Shown: piece after piece, positions 40,564 through 51,505 of the stretch
Layout of the letters: the number at the start of each line of letters is the position of its first letter
Numbering within the stretch: position 1 is the stretch's first letter
Assembly: GCA_002811645.1 (NCBI GenBank)
Contig: PDIP01000061.1
Span: 1-52,962 of the forward strand
Source: Corallochytrium limacisporum Hawaii
Taxonomy: Eukaryota; Protista; Pluriformea
Length of the DNA: 52,962 nt
Reading direction: 5' to 3'
Translations under genes and position numbers: made by a program
Notes under the pieces: generated by a model
The model's input: only the letters and a program-made list of their open reading frames with translations
What the model was told of the DNA's origin: nothing
Database searches by the model: none

Positions 40564-41598
40564 CTATAGAATGGGTCCCATTAACTTAGGTTCAACGCAC
40601 TGAGGTTTTGCTTCCCGCGGGCCGATTTCTGCAAACTTTTGAGCCACAGTATCTGCGAGAGTGTGTAGACTCAGTCCCGTTTGGGCTTGTCCAGGCCTGC
40701 GACATGCTTGTGCATGCCCCGCCTTTCTTCTTTGCCAGTCTGTTTTGGCACTCTCCCTCCCTCCAGCCACACTCGTGAGCATCTTCCCCTTATCTCTTTC
40801 TCTCAGGGATGTGGTGGAAGCCGATTTCGTTTCGTCCATTAGGGAGAAGGACCATAACTGTTGACAAAAGCACGCAGACTTGGAGCATCATTGTATAATC
40901 CTCCCATATTGCCCTTTGGGAAGAAATTGAATGAAGTGAAGAGGAAATAGGGAAGAACAGCCGGATCGATATGCAGAAGCAAAGGTTGCGATGTGGTCAA
41001 CTGGTTGCGGGCAATCTTCAAGCTATAATGATGACCGTCAACGAACTGCTCGATGATGGTGACGGAAAAATGAGCAAGAAAAAGGGTCATTGTATGAACG
41101 AGAAATTCATTGACAGCATTAGGAAGATATAGGAAACCGAAAGGAACCGGCAAGGCGGGAATGGCCCAATATGGCTGCATGCCATACAGATTCAGCGTAA
41201 ATGTTATCGCTCCTGAATGTGTATTGGAAATTGTCGCCCTGGAGATAAAACAACTCCAATTCCTCTGTAGCTCTCATCACCTTTGCCAGTGCAGGATGGT
41301 TTTTGGTTTCGGTTTTTTATTCAATGCCTCGCTTTGTTTCTTGGTAGGGGCGCTCCTCACCGTTTACGTTGTTCATCGAATTACGAAGAGCATGTGCAGG
41401 GCTTGCTGAACCCGAGAGATAGTCTTCTGGCTGCGTTCTCATCGGATAGTTGGATATACGGTCCAGTACGTTTGTTTGCGTCTGAAAGGCTCTAACCACT
41501 CCTGCTAGTCTGGCTCGGTCGTATTGTTGCGCAGTTTCGACGGCGCCCCCGTCCACTCTCCCCCCAGGTTCTCGTTGCTTCTCCGACATGTGTAGCAC
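40564..41598 (-). pseudogene. Possible decayed gene (chain of abutting minus-strand ORF fragments)
   Basis: 41598-41317 continues in frame past one TAA to 41119, then 41180-40839 and 40839-40564 follow in shifted frames; no family recognised. Confidence 0.2.
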
Positions 41599-43619
41599 CG
41601 AGCTCCCTAGATCCCATTAAGTGTCATCGCTCAAGTTGCAACCCAAATAGCTTTGATGCGTCTTTCATCCATTCATCCAGTTTCGTATTCTCTTCGCCTA
41701 TGCGCAGCAGGTGGCCCCATTGTGCAGTGCGCGGCATACATCACTGTCGACCGCAGTAGGCGGATGTACGTCTCTATCTAGCTTTCTTTGATGTTGGACT
41801 TTGTTATGCTTCGAAATGCATAATATGCGCTTGATTGTACACCAGGCGTGGTTTCCTTTTCCCATGACCCCGTGACACTGGTCTTGTTAACGACACCTTC
41901 AGTGCGCAAAACAGAGAATCTGATGCCCGGGGACCACGATGCTAGATGTCGATGCCAGACTACAGTATCATGCCCTCCATTCGAACCGTCACCCTCCCTC
42001 AGCAACCACTGCCACCCCCGAGTATTCAGGCAGTGGCTCACGTCCCCTACCAAAGCATTTCCACGTCATTTGTCTTGAACATTGTTGTTGTTTGAGTTGC
42101 ACAGGGGAACCTTAGATCTCAGGGGTTGTCACTTTTCGCAACACCAGCCCTCACGTTCCCGCTCACGGCCAGAAAAGTCAAGGCCGGAGCCGAATCCGAA
42201 TACAAAATACGGTCCTAACGTCTCTAAGTCGGTGCCAAATTTAAACTGGTTGCTCGTATATGTTTCAGCACCGTCCACCTAAATTGACCGAGAGTCCAGA
42301 ATCGGAAAGCGTGAACACGGAGATCAAGAAAAGGAGAGGCAAAGGAAGACCAAAAGGCAAAGGAGACAAAAGGGGGCGGGGGAGAATGAGATCGAAACAG
42401 AGCCCGGGGGGGGGGAGCGCGCGAGCAGCCTGTTTATATTTTTGTGTGGGTGTGTATGGGTGGTGCGTATTGCAGTTCATAGATTTGAAGATAGCTGAGT
42501 CACCGGGGATCATTGAACTTTTTCTGTTTTATCTAATCCTTCACCCCCTTAATTTTCATTTGTGTGAGGACATCTCTCTCTCTCTCTCTCTGTGTCCCTC
42601 TCTCTGTCTCTCTCTCTTGCGCTATCTGTCCGCTTTTTGCCAGAGCCCTTCCGTGCGCTCCCACACATAAATACCCACCCATCCAAAAGAAGGAGCGGGC
42701 AAACCCCAGGCCATCCAAGTGAATCCTTTATCCCGCGGGGGAGGGGGTCCTCTATCTCTCTCTCTCTCTCCCTCTTATCCCTTTGTGTCCCCTCTCACTC
42801 TCTGTCTCTGTGTGCTTTACCACTGCATGGTACCGTTCACCACCCTTCCCTCACCATCATATTCATATCACTTGTCCGTCTTAATGGGCCACTCTCTCTC
42901 TGTGTCTTTGCCCAAAAGAATATAAGAAAGAAGGAGAAAATGTTTGGACTTTTCCCTTTTTCCGAAAGACCACAACAAAAAAAGTACACATTAAAACACT
43001 CAAAGGATCATCGGGTTCAAAAAAGTCCGTTTCAGTTCTCCATACTTTCAGTACTGATGACAGATGATTTGACACTAACAAAATCTCACATTAACAGCCC
43101 TGGTCCGTATATGGCCACCACGCCGAAGGAGGGGGGGGAGGGGGCAAGGGTTTGGTCGTTTGAACTTCCCGGGCCTTTTTTATCTTAATTATTCCTCTCT
43201 CTCTCTCGCTCTCATAGTCTTACACTCTGTCTCTCGCAATTTCGCCGTAGCTCAGCTCAAATTCGCCCTGCCCAGTGTCCCGCGGGGAGGCCGAATATTC
43301 GTCATAGGGGAAAACTTGCTAACCTCCACCCCCCTTCACTTTTCATTTTTTGCAACTATTATTATCCCGCGCTAGTGATTGCCTATGGCTCCTTTTGGCT
43401 TTTTTTTCTTACACTTTCTTTGCTCTTCGTCTCCCTGCCTTATTTTTTTTGTTGCATATTTTTTATTGTTTTGTTTGTGGTGATGGTGGTTGGGTTCCAT
43501 TTTTTCTTTGTTATTTTTTTTGGTTCTTGCTGATCATTTTGTCCAGTACGTCCTCGTCTCCCCTTTCTCGTCCAAAGAAGCCCCCCCCCGGGGAGGAGGG
43601 GTGTCGGCTTCCTCCTTTT

Positions 43620-43635
43620 CACACACACACACACA

Positions 43636-43666
<31 letters not shown>
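43620..43666. repeat. Compound (CA)n(CT)n microsatellite
   Basis: Read directly. Confidence 0.9.
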
Positions 43667-43670
<4 letters not shown>

Positions 43671-43784
43671 CCTCCCCCCATATCTCTCCCCCTCACGTCA
43701 TCAGTCACCCGTATCTTCAGTACTGAGAATGGGACGGTCTCCAGGTGCTCGGTCCCGCCGCCCCCGGGGGGGGGGGCAGAGCAC

Positions 43785-43851
43785 NNNNNNNNNNNNNNNN
43801 NNNNNNNNNNNNNNNNNNNNNNNNNNNNNNNNNNNNNNNNNNNNNNNNNNN
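43785..43851. other. Assembly gap (N run)
   Basis: N bases flanked by G-rich sequence. Confidence 1.
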
Positions 43852-44583
43852 GGGGGGAGGGAGCAGCAAGTAAAAAGGGGAGAACACCGTGCGTAATCCA
43901 TCGATGGGAGATCAGCTGGTGTGCACCAAAGGGAAACGAACATGCAAATGATGTCTTCGGCATCTTTGGGCCATGTGAACTTGTGCTCTATAATAAGTGT
44001 TTGGATTATTGCGGAACCATCATTCGGGATCAGCATGCTCTCGACCATACAGTGTGTGGTCCATATGGACATCTCTGGTGTGCGTTGCGATGGCGTTATT
44101 GTGGCCCCGCTGTGTGCGTGTGTGTGTGAGAGAGAGACCGACGATTTGGAGCCCACGGTTCGCGTGCCTGCCATGCACGCACATTGCTGAATAGTTCCTT
44201 AAAACACATGTCTGGCTGTTCTGACTGGCTCTGTCTGTCTCTCTGTCTCTCTCTGTGTGTGTCTCTGTGTGTGTGGGTTTCAATGTTTTGATCGGAGGGA
44301 AGATGGGTTTGGTTTTTATTTGTTTTATATAGAATCTGTCCCTCTTTTTTTTTGCCTTTTTGTTTTTGACGTCTCCCCCCCCCCACTCCGTCCGGTCCGA
44401 ATTTTCTGTTCTGATTTCCTTTTGCCTTTTTATTTTGACTTCGTTTCTGCGGGTTCTCGGTCTCTTCCCTTTTTTGAAGGAGCAGTAACAAAAAGCAGGG
44501 AGTGTGGGACTCGTTGGTAAGAGATGGCAGAAGTTCTAAGTTTTGATCCATCCTCCCCCCTCCCTCTTCTTTTTTTCCTTCCT

Positions 44584-44614
<31 letters not shown>

Positions 44615-45073
44615 TCCCTCGGTTCTCTAATATTGCCTCTGGGAAAAATATAAGACATGCACCGGCTTCTTTTGTTTTCCATCGCATACCAGCGGTGGAG
44701 AGGGGGGGGGGCGTGTGACCCGTGGAACATTTAGACCCACTTCGCACACGCACCCACAGACGACGACAACGAATATTTAGTTCGTCCATCTCGCCATCTG
44801 AGGATTGGCTTTTGGCTCTGTGTGTGTGTGTGTGGTGTGGGGGGAGGGGAGGGGAGGGGAGGGTCTTGGGATGACTAGGCTGGCCTGATTTTCTTTTCTT
44901 TTTTTTTCTTTTCCTTTTCTTTCTTTTTTCTTTCTTTATTTTTTTGGACTGTCGGACTTTTTTCTTGCCCCTATGCCCAAGTTTGCTGCTGCTTCCATCG
45001 ACGGGGAGCAGGGGGGAGGGGAGGGGGGGGGGGGGGCGCAGAAACTCAGTGGGGCGGTCGTCGCTACCTCACA

Positions 45074-45196
45074 NNNNNNNNNNNNNNNNNNNNNNNNNNN
45101 NNNNNNNNNNNNNNNNNNNNNNNNNNNNNNNNNNNNNNNNNNNNNNNNNNNNNNNNNNNNNNNNNNNNNNNNNNNNNNNNNNNNNNNNNNNNNNNN
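45074..45196. other. Assembly gap (N run) with duplicated flanks
   Basis: N bases; about 65 bp repeated on both sides. Confidence 1.
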
Positions 45197-45490
45197 CAGG
45201 GGGGAGGGGAGGGGGGGGGGGAGGCGCAGAAACTCAGTGGGGCGGTCGTCGCTACCTCACACACCAGACGCACACACACGCACACTCACTGCCACCACAC
45301 GGGATCCTGGACGGGTTGTAATCTGTGGGTGTCGTAAATGGTAAGGAGCTACCACTTTATCTATTGCACAAACCGTCATCGGGGAACAAACAAAATGGGG
45401 ACGTGGGTTAAGCTATTTGTTTCAATCGAGTCAGCGAGACGGACATCGACTGGGGCGCCCTCGCTAACCTTTCTTGCTTTGTAACAAGAG

Positions 45491-45662
45491 GTAAGTAACC
45501 CACATGTGTCTCGGGTAACGTGCTCTACAGGGAGGCTCGAAGTTCTGAGAGAGTCACTGCTCACTTCGCCACCCACAAAACACAAGATTTTCGTTTGTCA
45601 AATTGTGACAGTATTAACTAACAACATTTGCAACTGACATCTCCTCTATTCATTCTGTATAG
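45491..45662 (+). other. Candidate spliceosomal 5'UTR intron of the beta-subunit-like gene
   Basis: AG|GTAAGT donor, ACTAAC (45617) and CTGAC (45634) branch-like motifs, pyrimidine tract, and TAG acceptor 22 nt before the ATG. Confidence 0.4.
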
Positions 45663-45684
45663 TTCATTTCATCAATCAGCAACC

Positions 45685-46479
45685 ATGGTCTCTCCTATTA
45701 AGTTCGGTAACCCCATCACTGCTTGCAGGAACTGCATCAAGTCCCGCAGTGGCAAGCAGTGGGCCCAGCTCTTCACTGCCTACGCTATCACCTACATTAT
45801 CTGGGGTTGCTTCATGGCCATCTTCTGCGCCATCATGACCTCCCTGTTGCCCGCTCGTCCTGGCCTGGGCGAGGATGACTACGACCCTGTGAACAACCCC
45901 AACCGTCTTGGCTGGCCCCGCTTCACCACTGTGAACCAGCCCGCCATTTCTTGGACCGGTAAGGCTGGCGACATCACCGAGAACTCGGGTGTGGATGCTA
46001 AGATTGAGGGTGACAATGCTCAAATCAACTGTGCATCTTTCCCCTGCACCTTCACCCAGCAGATCAAGATCAACAACCGCCAGGGTGGTTTCTTTGGCAA
46101 CCGCGTTCAGCAGTCCCTCGACAGTGGGTCGGAGTCTGAGCAGCAGCAGATTCTCGGTCGTCAGGCTGACCGCACCTACACCATCACTTGCACTGCCATC
46201 GAGGGCGCTGAGAACGACATCACCATCACTGCCGTGACTGGTGGCGAGTTTGCCGATGGTACCTACCAGGGCAAGGACACTCTGGATATCACCACCAACA
46301 ATAATGCTGCGGACGAATTCACTGTGACATTCGCGGAGAATACTTTCTTCCCCTACCTGGGCCGTGTCACCTTCGAGGCCCAGGCTGCTGGTAACACCAA
46401 GTACGAGTGCAGGATTAGCCCTACTGACAACTTCGGCGTCGACAACATCGACTTCGAGTTCAAGTTCGTTCAGGCTTAA
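45685..46479 (+). CDS. Na,K-ATPase beta-subunit-like type II membrane protein
   Basis: ATG at 45685 (aaccATGg), 264 aa. RSGKQW..LF..Y...Y followed by one TM (cf. GRTGGSW.KILLFY..FY); PC.....IKINNR (cf. PCIIIKLNR); FFPYLG (cf. YYPYYG); YECR (cf. IECK); terminal FEFK strand. Confidence 0.75.
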   Translation: MVSPIKFGNPITACRNCIKSRSGKQWAQLFTAYAITYIIWGCFMAIFCAIMTSLLPARPGLGEDDYDPVNNPNRLGWPRFTTVNQPAISWTGKAGDITENSGVDAKIEGDNAQINCASFPCTFTQQIKINNRQGGFFGNRVQQSLDSGSESEQQQILGRQADRTYTITCTAIEGAENDITITAVTGGEFADGTYQGKDTLDITTNNNAADEFTVTFAENTFFPYLGRVTFEAQAAGNTKYECRISPTDNFGVDNIDFEFKFVQA

Positions 46480-46806
46480 ACAAATTGAGCTTGTCCAAGG
46501 CACCTGACGCCAAGTTTGACATGCCGGGTTTATTAAGCAACGCTACTATAGAAAAGGCGGGCTGATATTAGTTGATGACTGGGACCATCGTCTCTTTCAT
46601 CAATGGGCACCGGGAAATTCTCTTTCTTGTGTTCGAAATTCTTCTCTTGGAGTAATAAAGGCCCTTCTGAACTCTTAGGTGGTCAAGTTTTGTGCCCGTC
46701 ATCAACTTGGCCCTTTATTTCCATATTTATCTTGCATCTGGACCAGGCTTGATTTCACCAACGAATTCGACTAATTTCTTTACGATTACTATTATGATTG
46801 AACGGA

Positions 46807-48063
46807 TCAGTCAATAAGACTGGTCACGTCGGGTACCATGAGCATTTTCTGGCTGACGGTACCGAGCAAGTTGCACTCGCCACCCTCCAGGTCTAGGCCT
46901 GCAACTTGTTGCAAAAACGAAGACGATCCCCCGGAGAGGACGTCAAAGTCACAAGCCCCCATGTGGAGCGTGATACGACCACTTTTGCGGATACGCAGTG
47001 TACCAATGCGGCGCTGGTTTGCACTCCCTGACGTTCCCGATGCAGACGATTTGCTTGCTGCTCCGGTGCTTTGGTCAGTGGCACCATCAACAGTGTGGTT
47101 GGGCCGCTCCACAGATCTGGGCAAGACATCAGGCATGCGCAGAATGAAGCGGGACGGCACATCTTCCGGGTAGCCACCAAGAACACCATTGTGGACATTC
47201 GCTACGGTTGCGGCACCCTCCAGGAGAGCGCCATCGTCCAAGGTCAGGCGGGACAGGTCCATGCCACGCTGCTGTCCTGTCACCGCAGAGTCTAGACCTG
47301 TGCGTTCCAACAGCCCCGCAGGTTCTCTGCCTGCCGACTGTAAGTTCTCACCGCCTTCGAGTTTGTCCTCGTCGTCGGGTTTATCAGTGCTGCCATTGAT
47401 CGGAGGCCGTGAAAAAGGAATGACTAAGGGACGAAGCGCGATGCGCGTCCCATCGGTGGCAAGGATGGGGTATTTGGCCTCCTCATTGCGCAGCTCCTGC
47501 AGTTCCAGCCCTTCGTCATCGTCTCCACTGTCCACATTGATGACATCATCATCACTTGCCGTTGCAGCTGCCGCTCTGCCTGCGGCACCACCGCCGGGGA
47601 CTCGACTTGAGCGGGATCTACTGCCACCGCCACTACCTGCGTCTCCCTTCACCCTCGACGCATTCGCTGATCCTACCCTGGTGCCGCTGGACACCAAGGA
47701 TGGCTTCACTGTTCGACGCGAGCGCGAAGAGCCCTTGGTTCCGTCTCCATCATAGCCTCCGGAGAAAACACCGCCACGCTGAATATATTTGCTACCCTGG
47801 TCCTTGCCCGCACGCCTACTGTCCCGGCCACCACCACGTCCTCCACGGCCGCCACGTCCGCCGCGACGGCCTTCACGACCCTCACCGCTGGTGTTTGCTG
47901 AACTACCCGATGTTGAAGTAACGGAAGGCTTGACATCGCCATCCAGGACTTGTTTTGGTTCTGGATCTGTGGGAGTGGACGTCTCCGCTGCGGCCTTTTT
48001 GGCCTTTTCCCTTCGCTCGGAAGCGGCCCTAACCTTCGGCTTGAAGACCCGCTTACCGGACAT
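46807..48063 (-). CDS. POLR3D: RNA polymerase III subunit RPC4/C53
   Basis: N-terminal FKPK; C-terminal RPC4 domain FILRMPDVLP...IGTLRIRKSGRITLHMG..FDV..G...FLQQV...LGTV..K...PD. Confidence 0.9.
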   Translation of the reverse strand: MSGKRVFKPKVRAASERREKAKKAAAETSTPTDPEPKQVLDGDVKPSVTSTSGSSANTSGEGREGRRGGRGGRGGRGGGRDSRRAGKDQGSKYIQRGGVFSGGYDGDGTKGSSRSRRTVKPSLVSSGTRVGSANASRVKGDAGSGGGSRSRSSRVPGGGAAGRAAAATASDDDVINVDSGDDDEGLELQELRNEEAKYPILATDGTRIALRPLVIPFSRPPINGSTDKPDDEDKLEGGENLQSAGREPAGLLERTGLDSAVTGQQRGMDLSRLTLDDGALLEGAATVANVHNGVLGGYPEDVPSRFILRMPDVLPRSVERPNHTVDGATDQSTGAASKSSASGTSGSANQRRIGTLRIRKSGRITLHMGACDFDVLSGGSSSFLQQVAGLDLEGGECNLLGTVSQKMLMVPDVTSLID

Positions 48064-48978
48064 GACGTTCCTCTTTTGTATGCTCTACATTTTCATGAGG
48101 CCCTTCTCTCTAACCAATTAAGTCTGCAACATTTTCGTCTGCTTGGTTCTTTTGGGTTCGCCGGTCGCACGAGATAGCTTTGGAACGAAAATCTCGCTAC
48201 CCATACTCATATACCACATTGACACCCTGCAAATAGCTGATCCCGAGAAACGTAACCATGCGTCAAAGCTTCTGTCTGTTTGTCCTTCAACCAGAGCAAT
48301 AGTTCACCAAATGTTGCACGCAATCCCGCTTTCCCAATGCGTGTGCGTGTGTGAGTATGATACGCCCACAGTGGGCCACATTCTCAATCCCGCCTGGAGG
48401 GGGCTTCTCCACACATGGAGAAAATCAAATAATCAAAAATCTAGAAATATGTATATATATTTTTATATGATCATTAGAAAAATGAATCAATAGAAATGGA
48501 TTTCTATCCGCCAAGCGATATAAAAGGCTCCGGGGCGCTTGGAGCGGTGTCAGCGTTTCCGAATTACCCCCCCCCCTCGGACTGCCTCGCCGAGGGGGTG
48601 CAAGATGGCCCCCTTCTGCCAGGGCACCGAGATCCAGTGAAGCCGCCGGCGCAGGAGATAGACGGGTACCCCAGGGGGTGTTTCCCGTTCGGGCGCGCTC
48701 CTTTTGGGGGGGGGGGGGAACAGTAGGAGATCTGGGACAAACAGCTAAGGTCTCGACTTTCTCCAAGGTTTCGGTTTATAACTGTGCCTTTCATTTGTAA
48801 AGGTCAATGACTTTGATCAGGTATGAATTTAGGATGTAGTAACACAACAATTTTGAGCCTGGATAGCTGGAGTCTGTACGCTTAGGTGACATGCAGCTTC
48901 CTGGTAGCACCTTTGATGAGCATGTGAAGAGAACGGGACACAAGTAAGAGGCCCAGTACCTCTTGAGAACTAGGAATC

Positions 48979-51366
48979 ATGGACGATGATGTGACAGCAG
49001 ACGAACCTCTGGGACACATAGTCCCTTTGTCTGTGGCTATGGACCATAGCCGTCAGCCGGGTTACAATGATTTGTTTGTCGAACAACTGCGTCGGTTTCG
49101 CGAAGAGGGACTGTTTGTGGATCTTACCCTTAAAGTAGTCTATGATGGACCTCCTAATTTGGACTCATTCGTAGATGAGTACATGTCAGCGTCCATAACA
49201 ACACCAGTTGGCACCAACACAGGGCCAATCGCAAGCACTTCGCCGTTACAGCTCTCCGCTTCCGAACTGTTTCGAGTGCACCGGTGTGTAGTTGCTGCCT
49301 ACAGCCCGGTCCTAAGGCAAATGCTCAGCGGACCCTGGTCAGAAAACGAAAGCGATGAAATTGTTCTGCGAGGAATTCACCCCCGGGCCTTCAGAAATTT
49401 CGTTAATTTTTGCTATGGTCAGCGGAATATTCTGGCATCGCCGCACTCGGCTGTGGAGGACGTGGTAGATCAGCTGGGACGGACATCCTTGGACACGGAC
49501 ACTGCGGGAGGCCAGAGGACTGCAGAACGTGACCCCTCACCAAGTGTGACAATGACGGCAGAGTCACTGTGGGAACTGCGCGTGATTGAAACGGCGCAGT
49601 TTGCGGATCAATACCATGTCCCTGGTTTGAGCATGGAATGCGAGGAGTACGTGCGTCAAGCAATTGACTCGGACAATGCCACAGTGCTGCTGAATGCTGC
49701 GCTGGCGCACAATTTGCAGAATTTGGCAGACATTGTGGTTGCATACCTGAAGGACCACCTGCACGAGGTTCAGCACCTCCGGAAGATCCCGCAGCAAGTA
49801 ATGCTCGATCTGTTGCGCAGTTCGGACCTGAACTTTGATGAGTTTTACATTTTTATTAAGCTGGCAGCCTATTGTTTGGTGCCGTTGGAGCCAGAGGATG
49901 GAGACGAGGAGGAGGATGGCACTCAGTCAAAGCGGTTGCAGGAACCGGATGATGATCAGCAAAACCGCCGAAAGAGTAACGACGAAGATGAAGAAGACGC
50001 ACCGGTGTCGTCTACTCAACTCCAGCAGCCCAGTACGGATGGTGACCCCGAGCTATGGCGTAGCATTGAGCAAATGAGTTTGATTGGTGAGTTGATTGAG
50101 GACATGGGCCGTGACCCGCCGTGGAGCTACATGAATAAGGCGCCGACATCACAGAAGGACAGCTACACAGAAGCAGCCAACGCCGTCCAGCGTGGCTGGA
50201 AGGCCGTTGACCTTGAATTCTTTGAGCAGGCCATCGAAGAAATTGATTTCGATGTCATGACGGTGGATATGGTGACCGTGGCCAGCGACATTATGCGTCT
50301 CTTTGGCAGCACGGTAGGAAAGGACGCCATCATCCGCACTCTGCTCAAGCGGTCCTCACCGCAAATAAATGCGCCGCCCCTGCAGGTCTTTACTCGCCAA
50401 CGTCACTTTGAAGTGACCCTCAAGGTCGATCTCGATATGACCGTCAGTTACAACAAGACCGACTTGCCAAAGGGTGGATTCTGGAATAATGGTACGCGCT
50501 GGTTCCTGCGCGTGTTCCCTTGCGGAAATCGCAACCAAAGGGCCCTTAGTGTTTATCTGCTGTACGATAAGGGTGTAAACGGACATTCGCAAGGTCAGAG
50601 CGGGGCCGGAGGCGTGCCCTATGGTGCCATGCCGTCCGAACAGGGTAGTGACATGGCCCCCAGTGGAGGTGGCGGTGCTGGTCAAAGAGGTGGTGCCACG
50701 GGCGCCCATGATATGCGCACTAAGCGTGACTTGAATCTGGAGTTCACGCTCACGTTGATTGATCGCAAGAACCCTGATAGTTCGATCGTGCGCGCATGTA
50801 AGCACAAGTTCACCGCTGAAGAGGACGATTGGGGGTTTGCCCGCTTTGCCACCCTTGACAAAGTGCGATCGTCGAAGTCCGGGTTCTACTGGAACAATGA
50901 ACTCAAGTTCAGCGTGACCATCAATCCTCAACGTCTGCCAAATCGTACCCGCGCCCTGCAGCGTCGGTCCAATTCACAACCGCAGCTCGGGATCAGTCAG
51001 CTGGTGCCCCAACGGAGCGAGGAGCCCACCACACCAACACGGCCCACAGTACCAGAGTCCCCGCAAGCACCGACCACGCCACAAGGACAGCCTCATGCGC
51101 AGCAGCAGCCGCAGGAACAGCCACAGCCTCCATCCTCGGCCCCGCAGACTCCAGCACAAGCTGCTGCCGCTGCACTGGCCCAGGCTGCCCGGCACCGGCA
51201 ACCGGAGCCGCAGCGTGTCCCTGCACAGCCGCACTCGCCGCAGACTCAGGGCACGCAACGATCCGCTGCTGCCCGTCAGGCTCTGCAACAGCAGCAGGAA
51301 CACGAGCAATCGCCACCGCAGCAGGAGCAGCAGGACACCATGTGGAGTGACGACTCTTCGGAGTGA
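48979..51366 (+). CDS. BTB-BACK-MATH protein (candidate Cullin-3 adaptor) with Q/P-rich tail
   Basis: BTB (LFVDLTLKV...VHRCVVAAYSPVLRQML...FVNFCY), BACK-like helices and MATH (WFLRVFPCGN...LSVYL...HKF...DWGF..F). Confidence 0.85.
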   Translation: MDDDVTADEPLGHIVPLSVAMDHSRQPGYNDLFVEQLRRFREEGLFVDLTLKVVYDGPPNLDSFVDEYMSASITTPVGTNTGPIASTSPLQLSASELFRVHRCVVAAYSPVLRQMLSGPWSENESDEIVLRGIHPRAFRNFVNFCYGQRNILASPHSAVEDVVDQLGRTSLDTDTAGGQRTAERDPSPSVTMTAESLWELRVIETAQFADQYHVPGLSMECEEYVRQAIDSDNATVLLNAALAHNLQNLADIVVAYLKDHLHEVQHLRKIPQQVMLDLLRSSDLNFDEFYIFIKLAAYCLVPLEPEDGDEEEDGTQSKRLQEPDDDQQNRRKSNDEDEEDAPVSSTQLQQPSTDGDPELWRSIEQMSLIGELIEDMGRDPPWSYMNKAPTSQKDSYTEAANAVQRGWKAVDLEFFEQAIEEIDFDVMTVDMVTVASDIMRLFGSTVGKDAIIRTLLKRSSPQINAPPLQVFTRQRHFEVTLKVDLDMTVSYNKTDLPKGGFWNNGTRWFLRVFPCGNRNQRALSVYLLYDKGVNGHSQGQSGAGGVPYGAMPSEQGSDMAPSGGGGAGQRGGATGAHDMRTKRDLNLEFTLTLIDRKNPDSSIVRACKHKFTAEEDDWGFARFATLDKVRSSKSGFYWNNELKFSVTINPQRLPNRTRALQRRSNSQPQLGISQLVPQRSEEPTTPTRPTVPESPQAPTTPQGQPHAQQQPQEQPQPPSSAPQTPAQAAAAALAQAARHRQPEPQRVPAQPHSPQTQGTQRSAAARQALQQQQEHEQSPPQQEQQDTMWSDDSSE

Positions 51367-51505
51367 AAGACTCGCTCGAAAAACACAAGTTACGATTCGA
51401 TTTGTAAATCACGAGGCATATGCCCATTGTTTTGGTTTTTAACATCTAAGCAATCGTTCAAGTTTGTCGTTCTATGAGAAACCAGAGACAATTGATGCCT
51501 GTAGT

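Noticed and set aside
43243-43275. GCCGTAGCTCAG, resembling a tRNA 5' half
   Set aside because: No T-arm GTTC motif or acceptor-stem complement follows.
43745-43784. GTGCTC...GAGCAC hairpin enclosing C/G runs next to a gap
   Set aside because: Homopolymer lengths at a contig end are unreliable; treated as part of the C/G island pattern.
45008-45262. About 65-bp direct repeat on both sides of the N gap
   Set aside because: Most simply an unmerged contig overlap at a G homopolymer, not an LTR or target-site duplication.
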